Assembly (NCBI RefSeq): GCF_964213995.1
Contig: NW_027590215.1
Location: 372,001 to 436,000 of the forward strand
DNA length: 64,000 nucleotides
Direction of reading: 5' to 3'
Source of the DNA: Mustelus asterias
Lineage: Eukaryota
Position numbers and translations under genes: made by a program. Positions 47,640-62,029 of this stretch are shown one piece after another. Position 1 is the stretch's first letter. Every line of letters begins with the position of its first letter. Under the pieces are notes generated by a model. It did no database searches and was not told the origin of the DNA. It saw only the letters and a program-made list of their open reading frames with translations.

Positions 47640-50069
47640 GGAAGGGGTGGGATGGAGGAAGAGTTCTTCGAATGCTGTCGGGATAGTTACCTTGAACAGT
47701 ATGTTACAGAACCGACGAGGGAACGAGTTATCTTAGATCTGGTAATGTGTAACGAGGTAGGTAGAACTAAGGATGTTCTTGTGAAGGATCCTCTTGGGTC
47801 AAGTGATCACAATATGGTCGAATTTCTGATATAAATGGAAGAGGAGAAAGTTTGGTCCCACACCACTGTCCTCTGTTTGAACAGAGGGAAGTACGATAGG
47901 ATGAGGGCTGAATTGGCTAAGGTGGACTGGGAGAGCAGACTGGTAGGTAGGACAGCTGAGGAACAGTGGAGGATTTTTAAGGAGATCCTTTTCAGTACTC
48001 AGCAACAATATATTCCGGTGATAAAAAAGGGCTGTAAAAAAAGGGATAACCAGCCGTGGATAACGAAGGAAATTAAGGAGAGTATTAAATTAAAGACCGA
48101 TGCGTACAGAGTGGCCAAAAATAGTGGAGAATTGGAAGATTGGGAAAACTTTCAGAAACAACAAAGAACGACTAAGAAAGTGATAAAGAAAGGAAAGATA
48201 GGTTATGGAGCTAGGCTAGCTCTAAATATAAAAAATGATAGTAAAAGCTTTTACAAATATATAAAAAGGAATAGAGTGGCAAGAGTGAATGTTAGACGCT
48301 TGGAGGATGAGAGGGGGGATTTAATAGTGGGAAATGAGGAAATGGCTGAAACTTTAAATAAGTTTTTTGTGTCGGTCTTAACGGTGGAAGACACAAATAG
48401 TTTACCGAATATTAACGATAGAGGGTTGGTAGGAGGAGAGGTACTCAATAAAATTAATGTTACCAGGGAGGCAGTGCTTGGTAGACTAACAGGACTGAAG
48501 GTGGACAAGTCCCTGGGCCCGGATGGAATGCATCCCAGGGTACTGAAAGAAATGTCAGAGGTAATAGTGGATGCGTTAGGGGTTATTTATCAAATTTCGT
48601 TGGATTCTGGGGTAGTGCCGGCGGATTGGAAAACGGCTAATGTTACGCCGCTGTTTAAAAAAGGAAATAGACAAAAGGCGGGTAACTACAGGCCGGTTAG
48701 CTTAACGTCTGTAGTTGGGAAAATGCTGGAATCCATCATTAAAGAGGAAATAGCAGGCCATCTGGATAAGAATGGTTCAATTAAGCAGACGCAGCATGGA
48801 TTCATGAGGGGAAAGTCGTGCTTGACGAACTTGTTGGATTTTTATGAAGATGTGACTAGTGCGGTTGACGGAGGGGAACCGGTGGATGCGGTGTTTTTGG
48901 ATTTCCAAAAGGTGTTTGATAAGGTGCCTCACAAAAGGTTGCTGAAGAAGATTGGGTCACACGGAGTGGGGGGTAGGGTGTTAGCGTGGATTGGAGATTG
49001 GCTATCAGACAGGAAGCAGAGAGTCGGAATAAATGGGTGCTTTTCTGGTTGGCAGACGGTAACTAGTGGCGTGCCGCAGGGATCGGTACTGGGGCCTCAA
49101 CTATTTACCATTTATATAGACGATCTGGAGGAGGGGACTGAGTGTAGGGTAACAAAGTTTGCAGACGACACAAAGTTAAGTGGAAAAGTGAATCGTGTGG
49201 AGGGCGGAGAAGGGCTGCAGAGAGATTTGGACAGGCTGAGTGAGTGGACGAGGATCTGGCAGATGTGAGGTTATTCTCTTTGGAGGAAATAATAGCAAAT
49301 TGGATTATTATCTAAATGGAAAAAAATTACAACATGCTGCTGTGCAAAGGGACCTGGGGGTCCTTGTGCATGAGACGCAACAACCCAGTCTGCAGGTGCA
49401 ACAGGTGATCAAGAAGGCAAATGGGATGTTGGCCTATATCGCAAGGGGGATAGGATATAAAAGCAGAGATGTCTTGCTGCATCTGTGCAGGGCATTGGTG
49501 AGGCCGCAGCTGGAATACTGTGTGCAGTATTGGTCCCCTTATTTGCGGAAGGCTATATTGGCCTTGGAGGGAGTGCAGAGAAGGTTCACCAGGTTGATAC
49601 CAGAGATGAGGGGTGTTGATTATGAGGAGAGACTGAACAGATTGGGTTTGTACTCGTTGGAATTTAGAAGGCTGAGGGGGGATCTTATAGAGACCTATAA
49701 GATAATGAAGGGGCTGGATAGGGGAGAGGTGGAGAGATTCTTTCCACTTAGAAAGGAAGCTAGAACTGGAGGGCACAGCCTCAAAATAAAGGGGGGTCAG
49801 CTTAGGACAGAGTTGAGGAGGAACTTCTTCTCTCAGAGGGTGGCGAATCTCTGGAATTCTCTTCCCACTGAAGTGGTGGAGGTTACCTCGTTGAATATGT
49901 TTAAATCACGGATAGATGGATTCCTGATCGGTAAGGGAATTAGGGGTTATGGGGATCAGGCGGGTAAGTGGAACTGATCCACTTCAGATCAGCCATGATC
50001 TTATTGAATGGCGGGGCAGGAGCGTGGGGCTAGATGGCCTACTCCTGCTCCTATTTCTTATGTTCTTAT
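47640..50069 (+). mobile_element. Long CR1 LINE copy (end of endonuclease, RT, 3' UTR), frameshifted
   Basis: ORFs 47568..47834 (LDLV..SDHN), 47835..49268, 49240..49977. Confidence 0.96.
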
Positions 50070-51720
50070 GAACAAACAATTCTAGTTTCTCTGGAACATT
50101 TTTTCCGCTTGTTCCCCCAAATCTGCATCTCCTCGTCCCACACACTCTCCCTCCTCCCTGGGCTGAAGTCCAAATCTATCTCACCATCTCCACCATTCTT
50201 TTCCTCCACTCCCAGTTTTCTCCCTCCCTTTCCTCTGTCTGGGTTCAGTTCTGATGTGGAAATGCCGGCATTGGACTGGGGTAAACCCAGTAAGGAGTCT
50301 AACACCACCAGGTTAAAGTACAACAGGTTTATTTGGTAGCAAATGCCACTAGCTTTTGGAGTGCTGCTCCTTCGTCAGATGGAGTGGAAATCTGCTCTCA
50401 AACAGGGCACAGAGCCCTCCGAAAGCTAATGGTATTTGCTACCAAATAAACCTGTTGGACTTTAACCTGGTTTTGTTAGACTCCTTACTGGGTTCAGGTC
50501 TCCAGCTCCTGTCTGCAGACTGACAATAATACCAATGGGTCTTATTGGGGGTGTTGGGGCCTCCAGAGGGTGTTTGTGAATCCTCCCCGCCCACCTCCCA
50601 GGGTTTCCTTCCTTCCCAGAGATCAGAGTCCTCATTGATTTGAGGCCAAAGTGTAACCTCTTATTTATTGTCCCCCTCCCCCATCCTCTGATGTGAACCA
50701 TCCTCCAGTGGCTGAGCCAGGATGGGGCCGTTAACCTGGGCCTGTTCCCGGGAGGGAGGGAAAAGCCCCGCAGAAATCAAATGAAATCATAGAAACCCTA
50801 CAGTGCAGAAGGAGGCCATTCGGCCCATCGAGTCTGCACCGACCACAATCCCACCCAGGCCCTACCCCCACATATTTACCCACTAATCCCTCTAACCTAC
50901 ACATCTCAGGACTCTAAGGGGCAATTTTTAACCTGGCCAATCAACCTAACCCGCACATCTTTGGACTGTGGGAGGAAACCGGAGCACCTGGAGGAAACCC
51001 ACGCAGACACGAGGAGAATGTGCAAACTCCACACAGACAGTGACCCAATCCGGGAATCGAACCCAGGTCCCTGGAGCTGTGAAGCAGCAGTGCTAAGCAC
51101 TGTGAAACCAGGGAGCTGACAATGATTCTGAAGGGTTTGCGGATCCACAAAGTGTTTCCAAATCCTCCCAGCCACCGCCTAACGCTGACTCCGCTTCTCC
51201 GGGACAAACAAGCGCCAAGGACAGCAATGACACTGCGCATGCTCCACATCACATTGCCCGGGGACTGATTGACGGCAGCTCCGGACCAATAGGAAGAGTT
51301 CCCTATCCACTGCAGGGAGGAGGTGCGCATGGGCAGTAAGCAACGACGTTCGCCGTGTGGGTGACAGCAACTGGAGAGAAGTTCCTCTGTCTCATCAGCA
51401 GCCGGTAAGGATGCAGAAACATAGAGGGGGCAATGGAACCGGCGGATGGACGTAGAAGGTTTCTAAATATCTTTTGAAGGCCTCAAATATCGAATATGAG
51501 CCCGTAGGTCCCGGATTTGCAGCTTCAGGTCTTTTTCCCGAGACAAAGCTCAGGTTAACGGCCGCCATCTTGATTCAGCGGGGAGCAGAGCGCATGCCCT
51601 GGTGTCTTGGTGACGCAACCGTGAGTGGGCGGGTCTTTGTGTTTCTGCTCCCACCGGGTCCTAATGCACCCATCGTGGCCTTTTGCATACCAACAATGAG
51701 CAATAGATTTTCAAACAGCT
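50070..51720 (-). repeat. Inverted duplicate of 990-2380 (ZNF promoter and intron) lacking its finger exon
   Basis: YY1 motif GCCGCCATCTTG at 51561-51572; homology stops at the CR1 tail; HE1 SINE inserted at about 50775-51104. Confidence 0.88.
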
Positions 51721-51834
51721 TCACCCACTCCCAGGCTGCACCTCACGTTTGCAGCCGAGAGAAGTTTATGGGTCATGTACATATTCAGTATGAGAGGTTG
51801 AATCCCTGTGTAGTTACCTGAAGCGGTTACACGG

Positions 51835-54770
51835 CTTTTGTACTCGTTGGAGTTTCGAAGGTTGAAGAGGAACTTATTGAATCTTACAGGATACGGCGAG
51901 GCCTGGACAGAGTGGACATGGAGAGGATGTTTCCACGAGTAGGAAAAACTAGAACCAGAGGCACAACCTCAGACTAAAGGGACGATCCTTTCAAACAGAG
52001 ATGAGGAGGAATTTCTTCAGCCAGAGTCATTGAGGTTTACAGCATGGAAACAGGCCCTTCGGCCCAACTTGTCTATGCCGCCCTTTTTTAAAAAAACCCT
52101 TTTTTTTTAAAACCCCTAAGCTAATCGCAATTGCCCGCATTTGGCCCATATCCCTCTATTCCCATCATACCCATGTAACTATCTAAATGCTTTTTAAAAG
52201 ATACAATTGTGTCCGCCTCTACTACTACCTCTGGCAGCTTGTTCCAGACAGTCACCACCTTCTGTGTGAAAAAATTGCTCCTCTGGACACTTTTGTATCT
52301 CTCCCCTCTCACCTTTAACCTATGCCCTCTAGTTTTAGACTCTCCTACCTTTGGGAAAAGATATTGACTATCTACCTTGTCTATGCCCCTCATTATTTTA
52401 TAGACCTCTATAAGATCACCCCTCAGCCTCCTACGCTCCAGAGAAAAAAGTCCCAGTCTGTTCAGCCTCTCCTTATAACTCAATCCATCAAGTCCCGGTA
52501 GCATCCTAGTAAGTCTTTTCTGCACTCTTTCTAGTTTAATAATATCATTTCTATAATAGGGTGACAAGAACTGCACACAGTATTCCAAGTGTGGCCTTAC
52601 CAATGTCTTGTACAACTTCAACAAGAGATCCCAACTCCTGTATTCAATGTTCTGACCGATGAAACCAAGCATGCCGAATGCCTTCTTCACCACTCTGTCC
52701 ACCTGTGACTCCACTTTCAAGGAGCTATGAACCTGTACCCCTAGATCTCTTTGTTCTGTAACTCTCCCCAATGCCCTACCATTAACTGAGTAAGTCCTGC
52801 CCTGGTTCAATCTACCAAAATGCATCACCTCGCATTTGTCTAAATTAAACTCCATCTGCCATTTGTCAGCCCACTGGCCCACCAGAGAGTGGTGAATCTG
52901 TGGAACTCTTTGCTGCAGAAGGCTGTGGAGGCCAGGTCATTGAGTATCTTTAAGACAGAGATAGATAGGTTCTTGATTAATAAGTGGATCAGGAGTTATG
53001 GGGAAAAGGTAGGAGAATGGGGATGAGAAAAATATCAGCCCATGACTGAATGGTGAAGCAGACTCGATGGGCCGAGTGGCCTAATTCTGCTCCTATGTCT
53101 TATGGCCTTTTGGTTACCCTTCAGCCCCAAGCTCCTCATGTTTACATAGAAACATGCATAGAAAATAGAAGCGGAAGGAGACCATTCAGCCCTGCCATTC
53201 ATTATGGTCATGGCTGATCCTCAAATTCAATACTCTTGTCCCACCCATCCCCCCATAATATCCCTTTAGCCCCAAGAGATATATATCTAATTGAAATCAA
53301 TCTCTACTCCCACCTTAGAGGAATGGAGATCCAAAGATTCACGACCCACTGAGAGAAAAATATCTAATCTCTGTCTCTATGGGCAACACTTGTTTAAACA
53401 GTGACCCCGAGATTCTCCCATAAGAGTAAACAACAGTTCCAACAAGTTGTTAGAAGGTATTTTGAGAGACAGGATCTACAGGCATGTAGAGAGGCAAGGA
53501 CTGATTAGGGACACTCAGCATGGCTTTGTGAGTGGAAAATAATGTTTCACAAATTCAATTGAGTTTTTTGAATGGGTAACCAAGAAGGTAGATGAGGGCA
53601 GTGCAGTTGATGTTCTTTACATGGACTTTAGCAAGGCCTTTGACAAGGTATCAAATGGTAAGTTGTTGCATAAGGTAATCTCACGGGATCCAGGGTGAGG
53701 TAGCCAAATAGGTACAAAATTGGCTTGATGACAGAAGACAGAGGGTGGTTGTAGATGGTTGTTTTTCAAACTGGAGGCCTGTGACCAGCCGTGTGCCTCA
53801 GGGATCGGTGTTGGGTCCACTGTTATTTGTCATTTATATTCATGATGTGGATGAGAATTTAGTAGGCATGGTTAGTAAGTTTGCAGTATGGTTAGTAAGT
53901 TTGCAGATGACACCAGGATTGGTGGCATAGTGGACAGTGAAGAAGGTTACCTAGGATTGCATCGGGAATCCAGTGGGCTGGTGAATGGCAGATGGAGTTT
54001 AATTTTGATAAATGCGAGGTGATGCATTTTGGTAGATTGAACCAGGACAGGACTTACTCAGTTAATGGTAGGGCAATTGGGGAGAGTTACAGAACAAAGA
54101 GATCTAGGGGTACAGGTTCATAGGTAGAGTGGTGAAGAAGGCATTCGGCATGCTTGGTTTCATTGGTCAGAACATTAAATACAGGAGTTGGGACGTCTTG
54201 TTGAAGTTGTACAAGACTTGTGTAAGGCCACACTTGGAATACTGCGTGCAGTTCTGGTCACCCTATTATAGAAAGGTTGTTATTAAACGAGAAAGAGTGC
54301 AGAAAAGATTTACGAGGATGCTACTGGGATTTGATGGTTATAAGGAGAGACTGGATAGACTGGGAATTTTTTTTCTGGAGCGCAGGAGGCATAGGGGTGA
54401 TCTTATAGCGGTCTATAAAATAATGAGGGCCATAGATCAGCTAGATAGTCAATATCCTTTTGCAAAGGTAGGGGAGTCTAAAACTAGAGGGCATAGATTT
54501 CAGGTGAGAAGGGAGAGATACAAAGGGTCCAGAGGGGCAATATTTTCATACAGAGGGTGGAGAGTGTCTTGAGCAAACTGCCAGAGGTAGTAGTAGAGGC
54601 GGGTACAATTTTTTCTTTTGAAAAGCATTTAGATAGTTACACGGGTATGATGGGTATAGAGGGATATGGGCCAAATGCGGGCAATTGGGACTAGTTTCGG
54701 GGTTAAAAAAAGGGGCAGCATGGACAAGTTGGGCTGAAGGCCTGTTTCCATGCTATAAACCTCGATGACT
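51835..54770. mobile_element. CR1 fragments: + copy (51835-53105) with nested - copy (52027-52881), and + copy 53440-54770
   Basis: ORFs 52121..52882, 53745..53930, 54129..54572; CCAGAG on both sides of the nested copy. Confidence 0.88.
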
Positions 54771-56358
54771 CCTCTCCACATCCAAGACCTTTCAGGATCT
54801 GAAAGGTTTAAATTAAGTTGCCTCTTACTCTTTTAAACTCGAGCAGAGACTGTCTCACTGCTCCTCATCAGACTATCCACCTATTCCAGGTGTTAGTCGA
54901 CTAAACCTTCTATGAACTTCTCATGCATTTATATTTTTCCTTAAATAAGGAAATCGATAATGTAGACATTGCTCCAGATACAGACTCACCGTGTGCAACT
55001 GAAACATAACTTCCCTGCTTTTACTCCATTCCCCTCATAACAAACAATAGCTTTCTGAATTACTTGTACCTGGATTTTCTATCGTGATGGATTTTGGATA
55101 TTTTTTGTTACAGGGGGTTAGAAATTGAGGATTTACACACAAGCTCAAACCAAGAGAAAAATGTTGTCTCTTCTGATACGGACTTTCTGAATGGGATAAG
55201 TAGGGGGATGTGAATGGAATGTTTCCACTTGTTGGTTCTTCCATTACTGGGAACCATGAACAGACAACAAATAAATCAAACAGGAAAATAGGAGATGTTT
55301 CTTTCTTCAGACGTTGTTAGAATATGGAACTCACTGCGACTGGAAGTGGTTGACTCAAATACTTTAGATGCTTTCAAAAGGAAAATATATGAGCCTATGA
55401 GAGAAAAGGGATTGGAAAAATCAACTGAAAAGCTGAGATGTGGTGATCAGAATGAGAGGAGACTCATGTGGAGGATAAACTCCAGTACAGACTCGATAAA
55501 CCGAATGGCCTGTTTGTGTATTGTCACAGACAGAACAAACAATTCTCCTTCCCTGTTCAAAGACAATAACAATCAGCTCCTAATGATCCGAGTGACTGTC
55601 AGATCTCAACGTGATGTTTGGTTTGTGTTTTCTTGCTGTAAATCCTCCTTTCCAATATCCTGCAAAGGGAATTTACAAAAGTCATCACTGTCAGTCCAGG
55701 ATAGATATATTCATAGAATTCCACAGTTCAGAAGGAGGCTATTTGGCCCATCAAGTCAACTCTCCGACAGAGCATCCCACCAAGGCCCCAACAACATAAC
55801 CCAACTTATTTACCCCACTAATCTCCCTAACCTACACACCATGGGGGGAAAATGGATAATTTAGCATGGCCAGTCCACCTAACCTGAATATCTTTGGACT
55901 GTGGGAGAAAACCGGAGCACCTGGAGGAAACCCACGCAAACAAGTGGAGAATATGCAAACTCCACACAGCAGCGCTCCGAAAGCAAGTGGCGTTTGCTAC
56001 CAAATAAACCTGTTGGACTTTAACCTGGTGTTGTTAAACTCCTTACTGTGTAAACTCTACACAGACAGGTAACCACGGCCGGAATCGAACCCAGGTCCCT
56101 GGTGCTGTGAGGCAGGAGGACTAACCACTGTGCCACCGTGCCAGCCACGTAATTCTTTGTAAACTTATTTTGCAGGAAATAGAAGAGGAGGATTTGCAGT
56201 CTGGACAATCAAATCTCACGTCAGACAGAGTCAATCAATTCATTGGGATTTGAAGATTTGTACATCTGAAGGGATTTAATTGACCATCTCAGTTGGAAAC
56301 TGGTGAGAATCTGTTTCCTTGCTCCTCCTGTGGGGAGGGATTGATACAGCTGGAAAAC

Positions 56359-57564
56359 ATGCTGACACGACAGCGAGCTCGCAATAGTGAGAGTTCATTC
56401 ACCTGCTCCGTGTGTGGGAAGAAATTCATGTGTTCGTCCAACCTGCTGGCTCACCAACTCGATCACATTATTCAGAAGCCTCTTCAAAGCTCTGACTCTG
56501 GGCAAAGCATTGAAATCTCTGAGGAACAGGCCCAACACCAGCTCCTTCACACTGACGAGAGACCGTTCAGCTGCTCCCACTGCGGGAAGAGGTTCAGCCA
56601 GTCCTCCCGCCTTGCAGAGCACCAGCTCCTTCACACACACGAGAGACCGTTCAGCTGCTCTCACTGTGGAGAGTCGTTCAGCGACTCAGTGCATCTCACT
56701 GAGCACCAACAAGTTCACACCAAGGACAGGCCATTCAGCTGCTCCCAGTGTGGGAAGAGATTCACTCAGTCCTCCCACTGCACCGTTCACCAACAGATTC
56801 ATTTTCAGAAGAGACATTTTAAATGCTTTAAATGTGAGAAGACCTTCAAAAGAAGGATTAGTCTGCTGAGACACCAGGGCACTCACACTGGGGAGAGGCC
56901 ATACGTTTGCTCTGTGTGTGGGAAAACATTTACTTGTTTGCAGCATCTGCTGAGTCACCAGCCTATTCACACCGGGGAGAAGGCATTCATCTGCTCCGTG
57001 TGTGGGAAGGCTTTCACGGAGTCATCCAGCCTCCGGAGACACCGCCGCATTCACACAGGGGAGAAGCCGTTCTCCTGCTCCATTTGCGGCAAAAGATTTG
57101 CTCAGTTTTCCTACTGCAATCAACACCAACACATTCACTCTGATAAGAGACCTTTTCAATGCTCAGAATGCAATAAGACCTTTAAAAGAAGTGATGATCT
57201 GCTGAAACACAATCGCATTCACACCGGGGAGAGGCCGTTCCTGTGCTCTGTGTGTGGAAAGGGATTCGCTCAGTCGTCTGGCCTGCTGAGACACCAACGC
57301 ATTCACACCGGGGAGAAGCCGTTCACCTGCTCTGTGTGTGGGAAGGGATTCACTGATTCATCCTATATGCTGAAACACCAGCGAGCTCACACTGGGACAG
57401 AACCGTTCACCTGCTCCCTGTGTGGGAAGGGATTCACTGATCCATCCCGTCTGCAGAGACACCAGCGAGTTCACACTGGGGCAAAACCGTTCAACTGCTC
57501 CATGTGTGGGAAGGGATTTAATCAGTATTACAGCCTGCTGAAACATAGACGACGTCATGTGTGA
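56359..57564 (+). CDS. C2H2 zinc-finger protein, 13 intact fingers plus degenerate ones
   Basis: ORF 56293..57564; first ATG at 56359; acceptor TTTTGCAG near 56175. Confidence 0.88.
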   Translation: MLTRQRARNSESSFTCSVCGKKFMCSSNLLAHQLDHIIQKPLQSSDSGQSIEISEEQAQHQLLHTDERPFSCSHCGKRFSQSSRLAEHQLLHTHERPFSCSHCGESFSDSVHLTEHQQVHTKDRPFSCSQCGKRFTQSSHCTVHQQIHFQKRHFKCFKCEKTFKRRISLLRHQGTHTGERPYVCSVCGKTFTCLQHLLSHQPIHTGEKAFICSVCGKAFTESSSLRRHRRIHTGEKPFSCSICGKRFAQFSYCNQHQHIHSDKRPFQCSECNKTFKRSDDLLKHNRIHTGERPFLCSVCGKGFAQSSGLLRHQRIHTGEKPFTCSVCGKGFTDSSYMLKHQRAHTGTEPFTCSLCGKGFTDPSRLQRHQRVHTGAKPFNCSMCGKGFNQYYSLLKHRRRHV

Positions 57565-57627
57565 CCGGCAAAGTTGGATTCTGTTGTTTCTGCGCCCTGA
57601 GATAAACAATAACAATTGGATGAATAG

Positions 57628-57975
57628 GGGAGGCAGCGGCACAGTGGAATTATCACTGGACTCAGGGTAAGGCTCTGGGGACCCAGGTTCGAATCCCACC
57701 ACAGGCAATGGTGAAATTTGTATTCAATTAAAATCTTCAATTAAAAGTCTAATGACAAACCTCAACCTTTAATCAATTGTCGTAAAAACCCATTTGGTTC
57801 AGTAACGTCCTTTGGAAAAGGAAACCTGCCGTCCTTACTTGGTCAGGCCTACATGTGACTCCAAACCAGCAATGTGGTTGACTCTCAAATGCCTTCTGAA
57901 ATGGAGGCAGTTAGAGATGGGCAAGAAATGCTGGCCCAGCAAGTGACGCCTACATTCCGTAAAAATGAATAAAAC
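57628..57975 (+). mobile_element. Older tRNA-derived SINE (non-HE1)
   Basis: GGTTCGAATCCC B box; tail matches the LINE-type 3' ends near 45830 and 58510. Confidence 0.65.
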
Positions 57976-58639
57976 AAAGTTCCTCAGTATCTCAGTAACC
58001 TGCTCCAGTCCCACAACACTCTGTGTAAATACAAGTTGTTGATGATTATGTCCTGAGATAGATAACGTGAACCCGATTCCCCTCATCCGCCAACTCGGCA
58101 ACTTCTTCACAAAAAGTAAAGCACATGGGATTGGGGCTGTTGTACTGAGATGGGGAGAAAACTGACTGGCAGACAGGAACCAAAGAGTAGGATTAAACGG
58201 GTCTTTTTCCAACTGGCAGGCAGTGACTATTTGGGTAACGCAGGATCAGTGCTGGGGCCTCGGTTACTCACCTGCCATGGGTCTTGTTTTTTTCCCCCTG
58301 TTTATTATGCATCATTTTTAAATTGTTGCTTCCTAAGAATCTAATTTAAAACCATGGATAAACTCAAACCACTTTTGGAAAATCTGTGACTCTCTGATCA
58401 AGAATCTTACTGACCACTGCACACCATTCTGGTCACCGTATTATTAACAAAAATATCCAGGCACTGGAGAGGGGGCAGAGAAGATTTTAATGATGAGACT
58501 TTAATGTAGAAGGCAGCTCACCACCACCTTCTCGAGGGCAATCAGGGATTAGCCCCTAAATGCTGGCCAAGCCAGTAATGCCCACATCGCATAAATGATT
58601 TTCAAAACGTGTGTGGTTTTTTTATCAGGAAAGGATTAG

Positions 58640-61140
58640 AACCATAGAACCATAGAAAATTACAGCTCAGAAACAGGCCTTTTGGCCCTTCTTGTCTGTG
58701 CCGAACCATTTTATGCCTAGTCCCACTGACCTGCGCTTGGACCATATCCCTCCACACCCCTCTCATCCATGAACCGTCCAAGTTTTTCTTAAATGTTAAA
58801 AGTGACCCCGCATTTACCACTTTATCCAGCAGCTCATTCCACACTCCCACCACTCTCTGCGTGAAGAAGCCCCCCCTAATATTCCCTTTAAACTTTTCTT
58901 TCACCCTTAACCCATGCCCTCTGGTTTTTTTCTCCCCTAGCCTCAGCGGAAAAAGCCTGCTTGCATTCACTCTATCTATACCCATCAAAATCTTATACAC
59001 CTCTATCAAATCTCCCCTCAATCTTCTACGCTCCAGGGAATAAAGTCCCAACCTATTCAATCTCTCTCTGACTCAGCTTCTCAAGTCCCGGCAACATCCT
59101 TGTGAACCTTCTCTGCACTCTTTCAATCTTATTTACATCCTTCCTGTAACTAGGTGACCAAAACTGTACACAATACTCCAAATTCGGCCTCACCAATGCC
59201 TTATACAACCTTACCATAACACTCCAACTTTTATACTCGATACTCCGATTTATAAAGGCCAATGTACCAAAGGCACTCTTTACGACCCTATCCACCTGTG
59301 ACGTCACTTTTAGGGAATTCTGTACCTGTATTCCCAGATCCCTCTGTTCAACTGCACTCTTCAGAGTCCTACCATTTACCCTGTACGTTCTACTTTGGTT
59401 TGTCCTTCCAAAGTCCAATATCTCACACTTGTCTGCGTTAAATTCCATTTGCCATTTCGGAGCCCATTTTTCTAGTTGGTCCAAATCCCTCTGCAAGCTT
59501 TGAAAACCTTCCTCACTGTCCACTACACCTCCAATCTTTGTATCATCAGCAAACTTGCTGATCCAATTTACCACATTATCATCCAGATCATTGATATAGA
59601 TGACAAACAACAATGGACCCAACACCGATCCCTGTGGCACACCACTAGTCACAGGCCTCCACTCAGAGAAGCAATCCTCCACAACCACTCTCTGGCTTCT
59701 TCCATTGAGCCAGTGTCTTATCCAATTTACTACCTCCCCATGTATACCTAGCGACTGAACCTTCCTAACTAACCTCCCATGAGGGACCTTGTCAAAGGCC
59801 TTGCTGAAATCCAGGTAGACAACATCCACCGCCTTCCCTTCATCCACTTTCCTGGTAACCTCCTCGAAAAACTCTAATAGATTGGTCAAACATGACCTAC
59901 CACGCACAAAGCCATGTTGACTCTCCCTAATAAGTCCCTGTCTATCCAAATATTTGTAGATCCTATCCCTTATCACACCTTCCAATAACTTGCCCACCAC
60001 CGACGTCAAACTTACTGGCCGATAACTTCCCGGATTTCTTTTGGAACCTTTTTTAAACAACGGAACAACATGAGCCACCCTCCAATCATCCGGCACCTCC
60101 CCCGTGAATACTGACATTTTAAATATGTCTGCCAGGGCCCCTGCAAGTTCAACACTAGCTTCCCTCAAGGTCCGTGGGAATACCCTGTCCGGTCCTGGGG
60201 ATTTATCCACTCTGATTTGCCTCAAGACAGCGAGCACCTCCTCCCCTTTAATCTGTAAAGGTTCCATGGCCTCCCTACCAGTTTGCCCTATCTCCGTAGA
60301 CTCCATGCCCGTTTCCTCAGTAAATACGGATGCAAAAAAACCATTTAGTATCTCCCCCATCTCTTTTGGTTCCATACACAGTGTACCACTCTGGTCTTCA
60401 AGAGGACCAATTTTATCCCTCACTATCCTTTTGCTCCTAACATACCTATAGAAGCTCTTTGGATTTTCCTTCACTCTGTCTGCCAAAGCAACCTCATGTC
60501 TTCTTTTAGCCCTCCTGATTTCCCTCTTAAGTAGCTTCTTGCACTTTTTATACTCCTCGAGCATCTGATCTGTTCCTTGCTGCCTGTACATTTCATACAA
60601 CTCTCTCTTCCTCTTAATCAGTGTTACAATCTCCCTCGACAACCAAGGTTCCTTATTCCTATTTACTTTGCCTTTAATCCTGACAGGAACATACAAACTC
60701 TGCACTCTCAAAATTTCTCCTTTGAAGGCCTCCCACTTTCCATTTACATCCTTACCAGAGAACAGCCTGTGCCAATCCACACTTCCCAGATCCCTTCTCA
60801 TTTCATCAAATTTGGCCTTTTTCCAGTTCAGAACTTCAACCCGAGGACCAGATCTATCCTTATCCATGATCAGGTTGAAACTAATGGCATGATGATCACT
60901 GGATCCAAAGTGCTCCCTCACACTCACATCCATCACCTGCCCTAACTCATTTCCCAATAGGAGATCCAATATCGCATCCTCTCGAGTTGGCACCTCTATA
61001 TACTGATGTAGAAAATTCTCCTGAACACATTTTACAAACTCTACCCCGTCTAAACCTTTAACAGTATGCGAGTCCCAATCTGTATGTGGAAAATTAAAAT
61101 CCCCTACTATCACAACTTTGTGTTTCTTGCAGTTGTGTTT
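58640..61140 (-). mobile_element. Long young CR1 LINE (partial APE endonuclease plus RT)
   Basis: 686-aa ORF with [21 protein letters not shown]-like, KFADD; frameshift near 59055. Confidence 0.96.
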
Positions 61141-62029
61141 CTTGCAGTTGATTGACAGGCTAGTTCTTCTTTCTTGAGAAATGAAGGCTGAGGGGTAACC
61201 TGAGCAGAGGTCTTCAAAATTATAAAAGGTTTAGATCCAGAAATAGTGTTTCCTCTTGTGGGGAAGAGCAAAAAGTAAAGTTTATTTATTAGTCACAAGT
61301 AGGCTTAGATTAACACTGCAATGAAGTTACTGGGAAACTGGAGACAATCAATATAAAACAGTCACTAAGAAATCCAATAGGAAATCCAGGATAAATTTCT
61401 CTACACAGAGAGTGGCGAGAATATGGAAATCACAGCTACAGGGAGTGAAATGAACAGTACAGATGTCTTTCAGGGGAATCTCAACAAGTACTTATGAATT
61501 ATTTTATAGTTCATTCAGGATTTATTTCAAAACGACTAAAAACAATAAAGTGACAGGAGATAATTTGCACGGTGTGAGACTGTGTGTGAGGGTGTCTGTG
61601 AGTGTGTCTGTTGCTTTCCATTGGTGTCACAGAAACCTTCCTCTTTCTGAGCAGACAATCTGGCTCCTGAATGATGTGAATTGTACAACTCAGAGATTCT
61701 CCATTCAGAATGACCATGTGCTGTGTAAAACCTGACATCTCCACAACCAGACGCCACTTCTCCTGGAACAACGTGAAGTGACTACAATTTTCTAGATTGA
61801 TTTCTTTGCTCTCACATATTTTCTCAGTTCATAAATTCCATCACGACCTTTAAACACACCGATGGTCTCCACTTTAAATACTTCCCTCAGTCTTACCAAC
61901 ATATAGCAATTGGATTGCTGCTATTGCAGGAATCCATTCTGAAATTCTGTAAATCTGATTCCCACCTAACACCAACCCATATCCCCATCTGAGTTCCAGA
62001 TTTTAATGAGATTTCTTAAAACACAGGCA

